Notes under the pieces: model-generated | Seen by the model: only the letters and a program-made list of their open reading frames with translations | What the model was told of the DNA's origin: nothing | Database searches by the model: none | Part shown: positions 12,585 through 26,315 of the stretch, in pieces | Layout of the letters: every line of letters starts with the position of its first letter | Numbering within the stretch: position 1 is the first letter of the stretch | Translations under genes and position numbers: made by a program | Source: Octopus vulgaris | Taxonomy: Eukaryota | NCBI GenBank assembly: GCA_951406725.2 | Contig: OX597814.1 | Coordinates: 88,722,001-88,786,000 of the forward strand | Direction of reading: 5' to 3' | DNA length: 64,000 nt

Positions 12585-12685
12585 ACTTTATTCTGTTCCA
12601 TGTCCGACGAACGGGAACGTCAAACTCTGAGTAGCAGTTATTTGTGATATTTTTTCGATTTTTTAAGCTTTAATAATAATGAAAC
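12585..12685 (+). mobile_element. PLE terminus with damaged CCGACGA hammerhead (12601-12640)
   Basis: tgt-CCGACGA-acg(ggaa)cgt-CAAA-ctctgag-TA-gcagtt; homologous to 10180-10290 in the opposite orientation. Confidence 0.7.
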
Positions 12686-12816
12686 ATATTATTCTACCTT
12701 CAGTATTCGAGTACTATTTTATCCCACCTTCTTTCTCATTTCTGTGCTTAGTTTGGTATCTATATATATATATACAGGTACACAAATATGCACGTACATA
12801 CACACATATACATACT

Positions 12817-12883
<67 letters not shown>

Positions 12884-12946
12884 GTATATACATATTCATA
12901 TATATGTGTGTGTATGTGTGTGTGCGTGTGTATGTTTGTGTATGCG

Positions 12947-13262
12947 CGGTGGCATAGTTGTGTGTTTAAGTAATTCGCTTTGTCCCTACGTAGATTCTAT
13001 CCCACTGCCTTGGATTTGATCGACAGAAACTGTGTGGAAACCCATCATTATATGTTTGTGTATGCACGCACGTGTGCATGTTTGTGTTAGTCTTCCACCG
13101 CTTCATAACCAGTGTAAGTTTGTTTTAATTACCATAACTTAACAGCTCGGCAAAAAGATCCAATAGAATAAGTTCAAGACTGAAGATAAGTACTCCAGTC
13201 GATTTCATCGGCTAAATACCATTCGGGATGGTGCTCCAGCATGACTGCAGTAGCGATTAAAA
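12947..13262 (+). mobile_element. Old SINE family B copy
   Basis: Degenerate head, ggatttg..cgacagaaactg, and tail gtgctccagcatgactgcag. Confidence 0.7.
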
Positions 13263-13916
13263 AATATATGGATATGTAAGTGTAAGATCCAAGAATTTAA
13301 GAGCATGAAGATTGTAATCTTTGAGCGGTCTGTTACGGATATGAAAAAAAAAAACCGGTTACGAACAATAATAATTTATTGACATTGATGGTTGTAGGCA
13401 TTTCCCATATAGGTCACGGTTAGCAATTAGAGTTGCTATGAATGCGAATAAAAAAAACAAATTTCTGCGAATGAAACGAGTACATATGTTTCCTAGCTAG
13501 CAGATGCTCTGATGCAATAATTACTCAACGAGGGGTACTCGGCTAGCTACTCAACAGCCCGAAGATACCTTAGTTATAGGAAGATTACATTGTCGCTTGG
13601 GAATCCCTAATTAAACAATTTTTAAATATATGCTTGAAGAAAACAAATACCCGAAGAAATGAAATGGTTAGTCAGCAAGAAAAGTGAGGGAAGGGGTCAA
13701 TATTTGGGAGTGGAGAATCGTATAAAGTTGTAAAGAATAAAGAAAACGGAGATGGGAAGAAAGAGGGCATTTAGGGTACATGGATGCTGACTTTAAGGGG
13801 AAAGCTTTTTGTGATTATGCTGCAGCGACTTTAACGTGTCAACAGTAAACAAATACTTAGGCGCAACCATACATACACATTTATACAGAATAAAAACATA
13901 AATGTTTGAAGAAATG

Positions 13917-13954
<38 letters not shown>

Positions 13955-13960
<6 letters not shown>

Positions 13961-14580
13961 TATCATTATTATTTAATAGAACGCCACGTAAGTTTATCTT
14001 CAGCTTTTCGATGCGACACTATATTGTTTTCTTCCTCCATCCTTCTCTAATTCCTTTTTTCACCCCCTCTTCTTCCGTTTTCTCTATTTCTCCCTGTTTT
14101 CTTTTCCTCTCTCGTTGCTCACACGTGACCATCGTCAATCTTTCCTTTCCTCGTGTGATCATCTTTCTTTTCCTACACGGACGTTCAAAGGAAAAGACGT
14201 TTTTTCTCTCTCTTCTATCTTTTCTCTTTTCAAAGAAAATATTTCTCCCCGCGTTCACTATTTTCCTCTCGTTCTGGTCTAACAACCCTCCATGTTTGTT
14301 TTTGTTCGGTTTCCTTGTATGTCTACACTGTCCTGTTTTTGTCCCCAACTTGGACCCTCCATAAATCATAAATTTTATCTTCGAATTTATGGGAGTCGCT
14401 GTCTTTGAAGATTCATATTCTCGTGTGAATGCTCGAAATGAGGAGTAGATAGACAGCAGAGAACTGATGAAGGGTCGTTTCTCTGTGATTACCTGTCCTG
14501 TTTTCCCTCGTCGTTTACGTGTTTAACTCGCTTGTCTACGTATTTCATGTTGTTTACACAGTTCGTGACGTCCTGTACCC
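13955..14580 (+). mobile_element. Probable PLE 3' terminal region between (TA)n arrays, with degenerate hammerhead at 14398-14457
   Basis: Pyrimidine-rich tract; gctgtct-TTGAAGA-...gaatgctc-GAAA-...-agacagc gives a 7-bp stem I. Confidence 0.55.
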
Positions 14581-14602
14581 ATATATATATATATATATAT
14601 AC

Positions 14603-14667
<65 letters not shown>

Positions 14668-14714
14668 TGTATGTGTGTATGTATGTTTACATATTATTTA
14701 CTATTAATATATAT

Positions 14715-15675
14715 ATTATTACAATACAATAATATTATTTTCCAGCGAAATAAAGCACCATTAAGGTAGAATTACATACAGAAACTAGTGTCACAACAAG
14801 GTACCAATTTTTGCTAGAAATAGCAGTCGATAATCATTCGACACTAGGTAAAGCTACGCTGATGTATAGAGGCAAAGATGCGTGCGGCCGGCGAATATAA
14901 AAAAAAATTTGTCTTACCTCTAGGAAGAACGTCTGAGAAATGGACAACCAGGTACTCGAGTCTCGAACATTTCAGAATACGTTTGTTATCGTAAACTGAT
15001 TGATCTTCGTCAGCTAGGTCCACCAAAGAGACTAAATTTAAAATATACGCGACATCAATGCCTGTATACTTGGCCAATAGCCCTTGTACGTGGTTTTCCA
15101 TTTCTCTGGCGTTCTTCCTAGAGGGTGAATGAAAAAAAAAATTTATATTCGTTGCCTGCACACATCTTTGCCGCTATACATTCAGTGAGGCTTTACCTAG
15201 CGGCGAACAATTATCGAGAGCCACTTCCGGCAGAAATTGGTACCTTGTCGTACCACTATTTCCTGTTTATAATTCTATCTTTACGGTGCTTCATTTCGCT
15301 GGAAAATAATATTATTGTATCGTAATAATATTTATATTTTTGTATAAAACTTTTTCACTGATCTCGGCTCTATTTGTAGCTGGGGCCATTGGCCGAGTAT
15401 ACAGGCATTGATATAGGGAATATTTTAAATTTAGTCTCTTTGGTGAACCTAGCTGACGAGGATCAATCAGTTTTCCAATAACAAACGTATTCTGAAAAGT
15501 TCGAAACTCGAGTACTAGGTTGTCCATTTCTCTGACGTTCTTTCTAAAGGTAAGAAGAACATTTTTTTTATATTCGCCGCCCGCATATATCTTTGCCTCT
15601 ATACATTCAATGAAGCTTTTCCTCGCGTCGAACGATTGTTGACATTGTTATTGGTACCTTGTTGTACCACTATTT

Positions 15676-15678
<3 letters not shown>
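14715..15678. mobile_element. Hammerhead-containing non-coding element: inverted copy (14715-15083) plus ~1.4 tandem units (15086-15678)
   Basis: 14715-14945 is complementary to 15097-15330; ~14790-15083 is complementary to ~15382-15675; 15097-15265 repeats at 15523-15678. Confidence 0.85.
15446..15521 (+). ncRNA. Type I hammerhead ribozyme, intact core
   Basis: aacctag-CTGACGA-ggat...gttc-GAAA-ctcgag-TA-ctaggtt; 7-bp stem I and palindromic stem III; predicted cleavage after 15514. Confidence 0.85.
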
Positions 15679-15733
<55 letters not shown>

Positions 15734-15888
15734 AATTGAGGACTGAACACGAAAAGGTGGACAGTCAACATGCTAGATATAGACGTCAAATCGCCATTCT
15801 CCACAAAGATTTTGTTCTCAAATAAAAATAAAAATAAAATTCAGCACGACCTAAAGCAATGGATGAGACAAAAGAAATATACGAAATG

Positions 15889-15948
<60 letters not shown>

Positions 15949-15980
15949 TATGAAATAGAAGCAGCGCCAGTGTTATAAAC

Positions 15981-16161
15981 ATTATCAGCTACACATACTT
16001 AACGTATACACTTTGCGTGTTTGCCGGTAGGCTGCGACATGGCGTGGTGGAAAATGCTTCATCATTACTCGGCGCTTTGAGGGAGTATTGCCCACCATAT
16101 CAAATCGCAGCCTACCGACAAATACATAACCCATATACTTTAAATATATGTAGTTGATAAT
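15981..16161. repeat. Hairpin with ~85-bp imperfect arms
   Basis: attatcagctacacatac...cggtaggctgcga pairs with tcgcagcctaccg...tatgtagttgataat. Confidence 0.85.
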
Positions 16162-16229
16162 ATCTATCTATTTATCAATATAGGGGAATCATAGAAAATT
16201 CTCAATGTTTAGAGGGAGTGAGAGGGGCG

Positions 16230-16464
<235 letters not shown>

Positions 16465-16509
16465 CGCACACACCCCTGTCTTCGTATTTTGCTTTTCTGT
16501 AAATTTCAA

Positions 16510-16554
<45 letters not shown>

Positions 16555-16578
16555 ATATATGTATGTGTGTGTGTGTAT

Positions 16579-16633
<55 letters not shown>

Positions 16634-16679
16634 CATATATATATATATATACCTGCTTAATGCTAAATAATAGAGAGCG

Positions 16680-17062
16680 TAAGGCGGCGAGCTGGCAGAA
16701 ACGTTAGCACGCCGGACGAAATGCGTTGCCGTATTTCGTCTGCCGTTACGTTCTGAGTTCAAATTCCGCCGGGGTCGACTTTGCCTTTCATCCTTTCGGG
16801 ATAGATTAAATAAGTACCAGTTACGCACTGGGGTCGATATAATCGACTTAATGCCTTTGTCTGTCCTTGTTTGTCCTCTCTGTGTTTAGTCTCCTGTGGG
16901 TAGTAAAGAAATAGGTGTTTCGTTTGTCTTTGCGTTCTGAGTGACTTTGCCTTTCGTTATCTCGGGGTTGATAAATTAAGTAACAGTGCGTACTGGGGTC
17001 GATCTAATCGACTGTTCCCCTCCCCAAAAATTTCAGGCCTTGTGCCTAGAGTAGAAAAGAAT
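16680..17062 (+). mobile_element. SINE family A, dimeric copy
   Basis: Collinear with 1683-2085. Confidence 0.9.
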
Positions 17063-18158
17063 ATCTAAAGAGCTTAGTGAAAAGTGGACGTTTGTTTATA
17101 TGTTCTGAACCAAAACAAACATTGATTTCTTATACATTTGCTGAGAAGAGTCCATCTAATTGCCAGATAATAGAGTAGATCCGATCACAATTGCTTAATG
17201 AATAGCATATTGACTAAGTCACTGTAATTTTGTCTATAATTAGTGTTGTCAATTGTGCATGTTTTCGCAGACAGATTTGATAAAGATCTTTTTAATGAAT
17301 GGTAATATAACTAATTTATCGTGATGTTCTGTCTACTGTTACATCACAACTGTCACGGTTTTTATAGTTCGTCGTGTTCAGATACAAAGATGAACAAACG
17401 TATCTGATCGAAAAGTGGTTTACGTTCAATTTTTAAACAGAGGTAAGCTCCTGCCTCTTCGTTTATTTCCCCTCTCACTCCTAAACATTGAGAATTTTCA
17501 ATGAATCCCCTTTACTTAACGATTTATAAGTGTCTGTGTGTAGCGTTGTTCTTTGTCACACGCTCTCGGCATATAACGTTTCCCCTCCCCTCCTTCCCTC
17601 TCCAATTCTTGCTTCATCTCCCTTTGCTCAGCTCGTTCTCTTGATTTTTGAACCTCTCATTTCGGTTTTTTTACCTCACTTATCCCATCACTTTTGTCAA
17701 TCTTTCACTTCAGTTTCTCCATAATTCATTAGAATACAACTAAAAATATCAGCGACCTGAAATATATCTCACTTTACGTGACAACTGAACTTATTCGATC
17801 CTTCCAAGAACTCAACCTCTATTTTACATTGGGATTTAATTCATTTTATTAACAAGCCTATTTCTAAATACATCAGATGTGTACATATACGTGTACGACT
17901 GTGGTTAAAAAAGCATTTGTATTATTTTGCAATTCATTTAATTGACTCGCTAAGACATTTGCTTCACAATCATGTTGTCTTCGATCCAGTATCATTTCTT
18001 GGTGGTTTTTAATGTAACGTTCTGTCACGCCGAGCCATGTGAAGGAAATTTGGTTGGCAGCCTGTTGAATGGATTGCCTCTGCCATTCAAAAAGACCCGG
18101 TTTTTTTAGTGTCACACTGAATTTGTTTGAGGACTCCGTTTGGTACAACTGTGTACAT

Positions 18159-18196
<38 letters not shown>

Positions 18197-18644
18197 CGAC
18201 ATGTGTATGTATATTTTGCAATGTGGGCACATCTCTAATACTTCTTTTATTTCTGTGTTTTTGTCAGAGTAGTGAATTGGTAGGATTGTTACAGCAGCAG
18301 ACAAACTGCCTTACGAGTATATGATAATGGCTCTTTTGGTTCTAGGTTCAAACTCCACAACGGATAGTTTTAGCCTTTCCCCCTTCAAATATCAATAAAA
18401 ATATAGTAGCAGTAAAAAATAGGACTGTAATTATCCCACTCCTCACCCCTACCAAATTCGTATTTTTACGCCTTGTGTTAGAAATCAATCTCTGGGTTCA
18501 AATTTTGTCAAGACCACCATTTCTTTTAGTCTTTTTATTCCTAACATTTCATCTTCCAGACTCAATAATATCGTCCCAGTTGAGTACTGGGATCAGTCTA
18601 ATCCCAAATTTGATGTCCTGCGCATATTTTTGAAAGATTAATAT

Positions 18645-20765
18645 TTAAGTTGAAATTCTACTCAGCTCAATGGAATATTTTCGTTTTCGCTCTACTTGCA
18701 AAAGTTCTATTTGTTTTCTTTTCCTAGTGGATGTACTCGTTGGTTCGACTACTCTTTCAGGTACGGGGACGTCAAAAATGTCATAAAGAAATTCCATTGG
18801 TTCTTCATGTCTTACTCTTTCCTCTGTAAACTTATTTTTCAGTTGGTTTAAATGTCTTTGTGTTCCCACGTATGACCTTTTACCATGTACGTTATTGTTC
18901 CTAAACGTTTACTTATTATACGTTCTTCTTCCTAACTTTCCTTTCCGTTTCTGTATATTTTTAAAAACACCTTATCACCAATTTTGAAGTATTTTATCTT
19001 ATTTTCGGTGTTTCTCTCCATTTTTCTTTTCTTCTCGGTAGTAATTTGTCAAATATTAACCTGTCTTTCTTGAAGAACATTATTTCAGCCAGCGACAAAC
19101 CTGAAGTGGTGTTGGGGTTAGGTGTTATTCGGTAGGCACTTAAGAACTGTGTCAATACAGTATCAGCTAGTAACTCATTCCTAGATTTTTTTCAGCGCCT
19201 TCTTAAACGTACCTACAAAACGTTCCGCTAGTTCATTTAATCTCCGATGGTAATATGATTCATTGCATGCATTTTGCAAAAGGTTTTAAATTCCTTCGAC
19301 GTGAACTGTGTTCCGTTATCAGACACTTTGGTGTCTAGGGCGCCATATCGCGCAAAAAGTTCGTTCAGAAATTCCATTGTTACTTTGGGGGTTAGCTTCC
19401 TAATTTACATATTTCCGGCCATTTCGTGTAACTATCCACAACTATTAGATAATACCCTCCATTTAACGGTCCTGTGAAGCCTATGTCAGGACCAAAGTAT
19501 GTCAGTCTTGGACCAAGGCTGAATTTTTATAGTTGGTGCTTTTGCTGCCAGGGCACAACCTCTGCAGGCTTTCACCAATTTTTCAATATCCTGATCCATA
19601 TTCGGCCAGTAGACGTAGCTCCTCATCAGTGCTTTCATTCTCGCAATTCCTGGATGTCCCATGTGGAATTCTTTTAGCATACATTTTTGTGAACAAACAG
19701 GTATTACAACACTCTGAGCGTACATAAGTACGTCATTACATATCGAATATCATTTCGAAACTGCGTCACGCTCGGCTACATGAGTTTTTGTACTTGTTTC
19801 TGACTTCACTATATTTTTCCTTTTTAATAAGAACACATCCTTCTCTGCTTTAATTTTTATTTCCTCTAAAGTGACAGATAGTTCGCGTACTACGTTGCAG
19901 AGTATAATTTTTAATTTCGATTTCAGATTTTAATGCCGCTACTACTGTCCTCTAGCAGTTCATTGTATTTAGGTATCGATCTCGACATCCCATCCGCATG
20001 TCCCAGTTTTTTCGATGGTAGAAATTCCATCTTAAAGTCATAAATAAGCAGGATCCAATGGGTGGTGATCTGTCTGCAGGCTGGATTTCTTTCTATGTAT
20101 GAATTTATGAAATTTTTTCACTGCAAAAATAATAGTTAATGCCTCTTTCTCACTTTAGTTGTAGTTTTTTTCCAGCCTCCAACAATGAACGTGACTATTT
20201 TCATGCTTGTGTAAAATTACCGCTCATATACCACTTTCGCTAGCATCTGATGTTACTATTATTTTAAAATTTGGATCAAAGTACGATAACAGTTCCGATG
20301 TTAAAACTTTTGTAATGTCTTCGAACGCTTTTTGGCACCTGTTCGACGAATACCATTTAACGTATTGTGCTAAGAACACCCCTAAACAACCTAGATTATT
20401 TAGGGGTGCTCTTAGCTTATGCATATTCAGTATATATGTTTGGTAATAGTTTGCGAGCCCCAAGAACGCTTGTAACGTTGTAATATTTTTCGGGGGATGC
20501 ATACTTTTTATTGCAATTGATCTTGAAGGATCTGGCCTGCGACTATTTTTATCGATAACTTGCTTTAAATACTTTATTCCTGGCAGGAAAAATTCGCATT
20601 TTTCCGCGCTAAGTTTTAAAAAATCCATACTCCTTTATTCTTACAAAGACCTTTTTAACGTGTTCCTCATGCTGGCCTCGAGACTCACTTTTTATGAGTA
20701 TGTCATCTCCAAGTAAACTATAACGAAATCCGTATCTGCAAGCATTGTGTCCATTACCTATTGGA
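18645..20765 (-). mobile_element. Decayed Ty3/Gypsy pol (RT-RNaseH-integrase)
   Basis: RT (DDIL; KCEFF; LQAFLGLANYY), RNase H (TSDASESG), integrase zinc finger (HMGHPGIARMKALMRSYVYWPNMDQDIE...CRGC) and core VSDNGTQFTS; many frameshifts. Confidence 0.93.
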
Positions 20766-20769
20766 AAAT

Positions 20770-21100
20770 ACTAGATGCTACTACCTTTATCCCAATATAA
20801 ACCTTTATGGGTGTTTATTGTTAATAATTTCGAAGATACCAAAAAGTTGCACTCAGTGACGGAAAACGCGAAAATATATCTCCGAGAAATGCAACGAAAG
20901 GAATCAGTACCCGAAGAAAATGTGTCCCCAACAAATAAGGCAAAACAAATTTTGAAAAAACATAACCAAAGGAGCAAAGATCACTGCAGGGCAAATACAC
21001 GATTAGAATCAGGAAGCCTGATGCAGATCAAGCTCTTAATCGTCAGTATCTGTCATGCTCTAGTCTCAAACCAAAAATGGAGGGGTATATCATTGCTGCT
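20770..21100 (+). mobile_element. R4/Dong-like LINE fragment (post-RT region)
   Basis: Reads SLQGKY...PDADQALNRQYLSCSSLKPKMEG-YIIAA, like the R4/Dong LHG.Y...WL..GLK.ETEGF.IAAQD motif. Confidence 0.65.
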
Positions 21101-21109
21101 TTTTTTTTA

Positions 21110-21355
21110 CCGATTGCGGGAACGTCAACAAACCAGCACCGGTTGTCAAATATAATACAAAACACGTGTGTGTGTGTGTATGTATTTACATATGACGGGC
21201 TTCCTTTAGTTCCCAACTGCTAAATCCGTTTACAAGGTTTTGGTTGGCCCAAGGCTATAATAGAAAGCATTTTTTCAAGGCTCCATGCAGTAGGACTGAA
21301 CCCAAGACCTCATGGTTGACAAGCAAACTTCTTAACCACACAGCCACGACTGCAC
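21110..21355 (-). mobile_element. Old SINE family B copy
   Basis: cacagccacg, ggactgaaccc and caaggttttggttggcccaaggctata. Confidence 0.75.
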
Positions 21356-21783
21356 CTTTTAATGATTTTTTATTAATTGTCTCTTTTACTGATATATCAT
21401 TACGTAGTCTAATTTCAAGAAGAAAAATCCCAGTGTTTTTATTTCTTTACTTATTTTTTTCTTCTTTTGTTAACCTGTTCCCTTTAAACCAGCGTGACGA
21501 AGTTGACAGGTTGTCCGTCCCACCATTACTGTCGACGATCTGTGTGCTGCTGTTATGACAACTGAACTGAAGCAAATACATAAAGGAATTTACCTGTGCA
21601 GATATTTACCTCAGTGACTATTCGTTATACTTCTCCTCCAAATTTTAATACTTTTTTACGTTCACCACAACCACCAGCGTCACCACCACTAATACCACTA
21701 ACACCACCACCAACACCAGCAAGTTTTTCCCATCACACTCACTAACCCAACCCATCGCATTTTAACCCAACCCAAGTTTCCGT

Positions 21784-21850
<67 letters not shown>

Positions 21851-21974
21851 TTTACAACAGTGTCTTCTGTCACCACCATTTCCATCACCGTTACCGCCTC
21901 CGCTATTACTTATTAACACCACCATCACCGTCGCCATCATCAAGAAATCTGTCAAAGCAAATTATTCACTTAAC

Positions 21975-22162
21975 AGGTGTAGACAATTGTTGAAGCTTAC
22001 TTCACTATAAAGCGCAGTAGTGGGAGGTGAATAAAAAAAGAAAAGAAAAGAAGAAGGTAGACAGAGAATCCCTACAAACTTTCAAGAAATATCATATACA
22101 ACTAGGAAAACTAAACAGAAACAGAAAACATAAGTACAAACTATACTGAGAGATATTTGGAC
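21975..22162. repeat. ~185-bp segment repeated at 23274-23450
   Basis: ggtgtag.caattgttgaag...acttcactataaagcgca.tagtgggaggtgaataaaa...ttcaagaaatatca occurs twice. Confidence 0.85.
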
Positions 22163-22396
22163 AAAAATCAATAATTGCACGGTAAGTAAATTATTTCATA
22201 TTATAATTTGGCGTGCGGCGTCGGCAATAGAAAAAGAAAAACATCATTTTTATGTATTTTAGCTGCAAACTAAATTAACAATCGAATACATGTTTACTGG
22301 AATTGCCAAGGTATAGAATCTATATACATGTCTGATTATGTATGCTTGTATGTATCTGTATATGTGCATGTTTTTATGTATGTGTATGTGTGAGTG

Positions 22397-22446
<50 letters not shown>

Positions 22447-22468
22447 TATACATATACATATATAAATA

Positions 22469-22504
<36 letters not shown>

Positions 22505-22506
<2 letters not shown>

Positions 22507-22700
22507 GATAATAAAAGGAATGGTTTATACCTGGTAGCTTACTGGTAAAGCACGACCACTATCATAGTGCTCGTTATGTGTATGGTTAATGGGAGACGGA
22601 AGTTGGAAGATGCGAGAACTTTTATTCATTCCTACGATTGTTTCGACCCATTTAGCATCATCCCTTATGGGTGGGATACTTAACAACTGGTTCAGGAGTA
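22505..22700 (-). mobile_element. PLE terminal island with damaged hammerhead
   Basis: Reverse complement: tc-CTGA(deletion)-acca...tgggtc-GAAA-caatcg-TA-gga, then AATAAA; lies between microsatellites. Confidence 0.45.
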
Positions 22701-22954
22701 TATAGATACATAGATACATACACACACATACACACACACACATATATATGTATATAAGTATATATGTATATGTATATATAAATATATATATATATATGTA
22801 TGTATATATGTATATATATACATGTATATAAGTATAAATGTATATATATATATAAGTATATATGCATATATATATATATATATGTATGTATATATGTATA
22901 TATATAGATGTATATAAGTATAAATGTATATATATATATGTATATAAGTATATA

Positions 22955-23015
<61 letters not shown>

Positions 23016-23465
23016 ATATATGTATATATGTGTGCGTGTGTATGGAATTTTGGGACTAATGGGTGGCTAATATGTATGTCAATTAGTGTGTGTTGAGTAA
23101 AGCACGTTCACAGTTTGGGCTGCCTGGTACCGTCCACGGTTGGGGTATATATATATACATATATATATATATGTATGTATTTATGTATGTGTTTGTGTGT
23201 GTATGTATACACACACTCTTTTATTATTTATGTTTGTATGTATGTAAGCAGCTAATTATGTATTCGCTTTACTGGTGTAGGCAATTGTTGAAGTTAACTT
23301 CACTATAAAGCGCAATAGTGGGAGGTGAATAAAATACAAAAAAGAAAAAAAAAAGACAGTGAATATCGATAAAGTTTCAAGAAATATCAAATACAATTAG
23401 GAAAATCAAACAGAAACATAGTTACAAACTATATCGAGAGAAAGCTGGACTATATATATATATAT

Positions 23466-23525
<60 letters not shown>

Positions 23526-23533
23526 CATATATA

Positions 23534-23564
<31 letters not shown>

Positions 23565-23585
23565 CTATATCTATCTATCTATCTA

Positions 23586-23623
<38 letters not shown>

Positions 23624-25075
23624 TACATACTATTTTATTACTTATATGTTTGCATGTATCTATATAAGTAGCTAGATGGTTAAGTAGGAGGGTAGGTTGT
23701 GCCCTATTGTTAGGAAAATAATTTCGCATCCAAAAGCCACCCTCAAGCACAATAGTGGTACTCCTTGCAGCATGTATGTATGTATGTATGTATGTATGTA
23801 TGTATGTATGTATGTATGTATGTATGTATGTATGTATGTATTTATGTATGTATGTATGTATGTATGTGTGTGTGTTTGTATGCATGTTTGCATGTATTTA
23901 TTTACATATGTATGTATGTACGTATGCATGTATGTATGCATGTATGTATGTATGTACGTATGTATACGCGCGCGCACGCACGCACACACATACACATGCA
24001 GACACAAACGCACACACACACACACACATACTTATGCTTATAGTATATGCACATTACATAGGCGATTTTAATATATATTTAAACTATTTCTCCTATTTTT
24101 TAATATTATGAGCTTAAATTCCGCTGAGGTGGACTTTAACTTTCATCCTTTCGGGATCGATAAAGCAAGTGACAGTTGAGCACTGGAATTGGTGTAATCG
24201 ATTACCCTGCCCCCACTCCACAACAATATTTCCGACCTATTGCTCATAGTTGTAAGAAATATATATTTAAACTGGTGACTTGGCAGAGTCGTTAGAGCAT
24301 CGGATAGAAAGCCTTGTAATATATGTTTCAACTTTATCTACGTGCTCTGAATTCGAATCCACTGCGGTCACCCATTCAAGTTCCATAAAAAAAGAGTACT
24401 TGCCTACCGACTTGATGGAGTAGAGCTATAATTTTAGATCGTTCGACTAGATGGCTTGCGATATATGCCCCGGTTTTTGACATTTTGAGTTCAGTTGATC
24501 ACCGAACTGAAATCTCACGAATACTAAACCCTCACTTTGAAGCTAATGCAAAGAGAGCGTCTGAGAACTTCAAATGATTTCTCATGAGTTCCTAAGAATC
24601 TTACGTAACCGATGGGTGAAAAAGGATTTTCACACACAAACACACAGATGTACACACGCATATATCCATGCAAATATGTAGTTACTTATTATACATGCAC
24701 ATATATACCTACATATTTTCGTATATGTATATGTATATGCGTTTGTATATATATATATATATATATACAAACGTGTTACGATAGGAAGTAGTGGGCAGTA
24801 CCAGAATTTTCGCCTCGTGTCAAATATAACAAACTCCAAATCATTGATAGATTATCCGCATAAGTGGAGTCAAAACCGGACAGTCTGCATTGGTATTGAG
24901 TCGCATTTGTTCTAATAATGAAGTCAAACCAAATAGAGATATTTTGACATTAAATATCACTATTTGGTTTGATATTTCTTACACATCTATACATCTATAA
25001 ATATATGTATATATGTATATACGAATATATATACGTATGTACGTCTATATATGTTCGTATTTACGTGTATTTATG

Positions 25076-25120
<45 letters not shown>

Positions 25121-25331
25121 CCACACACATATGCACACTTAAATATGTCAAATCGCAGTCGCAGCCTCTGTGTGTGTGTAATATATATATATATATGTAT
25201 ATATATATACAATTAAGTTTTCTTATTCTTATGAAGTATGTTTTAAGTATACTTCACAATATATGGGCTGTGTTTAAGAAGTGCTAATTGCGAACTAAAT
25301 CGAAGGATAAGAGAAATTATAGAAGCAACAC

Positions 25332-25580
25332 ATCTAGGCAGTCAATACAAATTCCAAAGCATAATTTAAAGCACACGACGAAATAAATATACATATAAAT
25401 TTATATAAATAGATTAATAAAATCATATGTAAAAGTTATATGTGAAAACTTTGCATCTTGTACGTTGGGTTCACATAAAACTTTTATATGTGAATTTATT
25501 CTATTTCTATAAATTTATATGTATATATTTCGTTATGTGCTTTAAATTATGCTTGAGAATTCGTATTGATTGCCTAGATC
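25332..25580. repeat. Foldback hairpin with ~115-bp arms
   Basis: atctaggcagtcaatac...aagcataatttaaagcaca pairs with tgtgctttaaattatgctt...gtattgattgcctagat; loop ~25 nt. Confidence 0.9.
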
Positions 25581-25635
25581 TGTCCCTTCTATATACATAT
25601 ATATGTGTATGCGTATATATATGTGTGTGTGTGTG

Positions 25636-25724
<89 letters not shown>

Positions 25725-25868
25725 TCACACATACACGGGAATAATGTGATGTAAGTGGGTTAAAGCTTTACGTTTATACACGTGTCCAATTCCCGTAATT
25801 AAAAAGCAGAGCAACTATTCTAGTAAGATCATTCTTTTGTGTGTGTGTGTAATTTTTTTTTTCCTTTT

Positions 25869-26061
25869 GGTGGCGTCTTGGAACAGTTATCCCAGGAGGT
25901 TGCATACCACATGGGAAAAGAAAATATTTTTTTTACTTCCTTTTTTTCTTTGAAAATTGTAATTTCCGTGGGTATAAAATAAACAAATGCTGAAAAAATA
26001 ACCCAAAAAAAACAATGTCTGGTATGGGACTTCGACGGTTAGCTATTCCAAAACTCGCCAC
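25869..26061. mobile_element. Old MITE-like element
   Basis: Imperfect ~45-bp inverted repeats gtggcgtcttggaacagtta...catacc / ggtatg...tagctattccaaaactcgccac. Confidence 0.5.
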
Positions 26062-26315
26062 TTTTTAAAAACTATTATTTCTAACAAACAAGGGACTGAG
26101 TCTCCAAACTATTAGTTTATTTTAAAAACAAAACAAAAGCTCATCCTGATTGATAATCTTAAATTAAACATGAGTGATTTCATTATACATTATTGCTATT
26201 ATAATAATTTTAAAGGATTTACCGAAAATTTAAAAAAGGATACCGAACAGTAACCTTCTCCTTGTCCTTACGTTCAGATGTCTCTAAACCTTACTGAAAT
26301 TCCATTCATCAGTAT

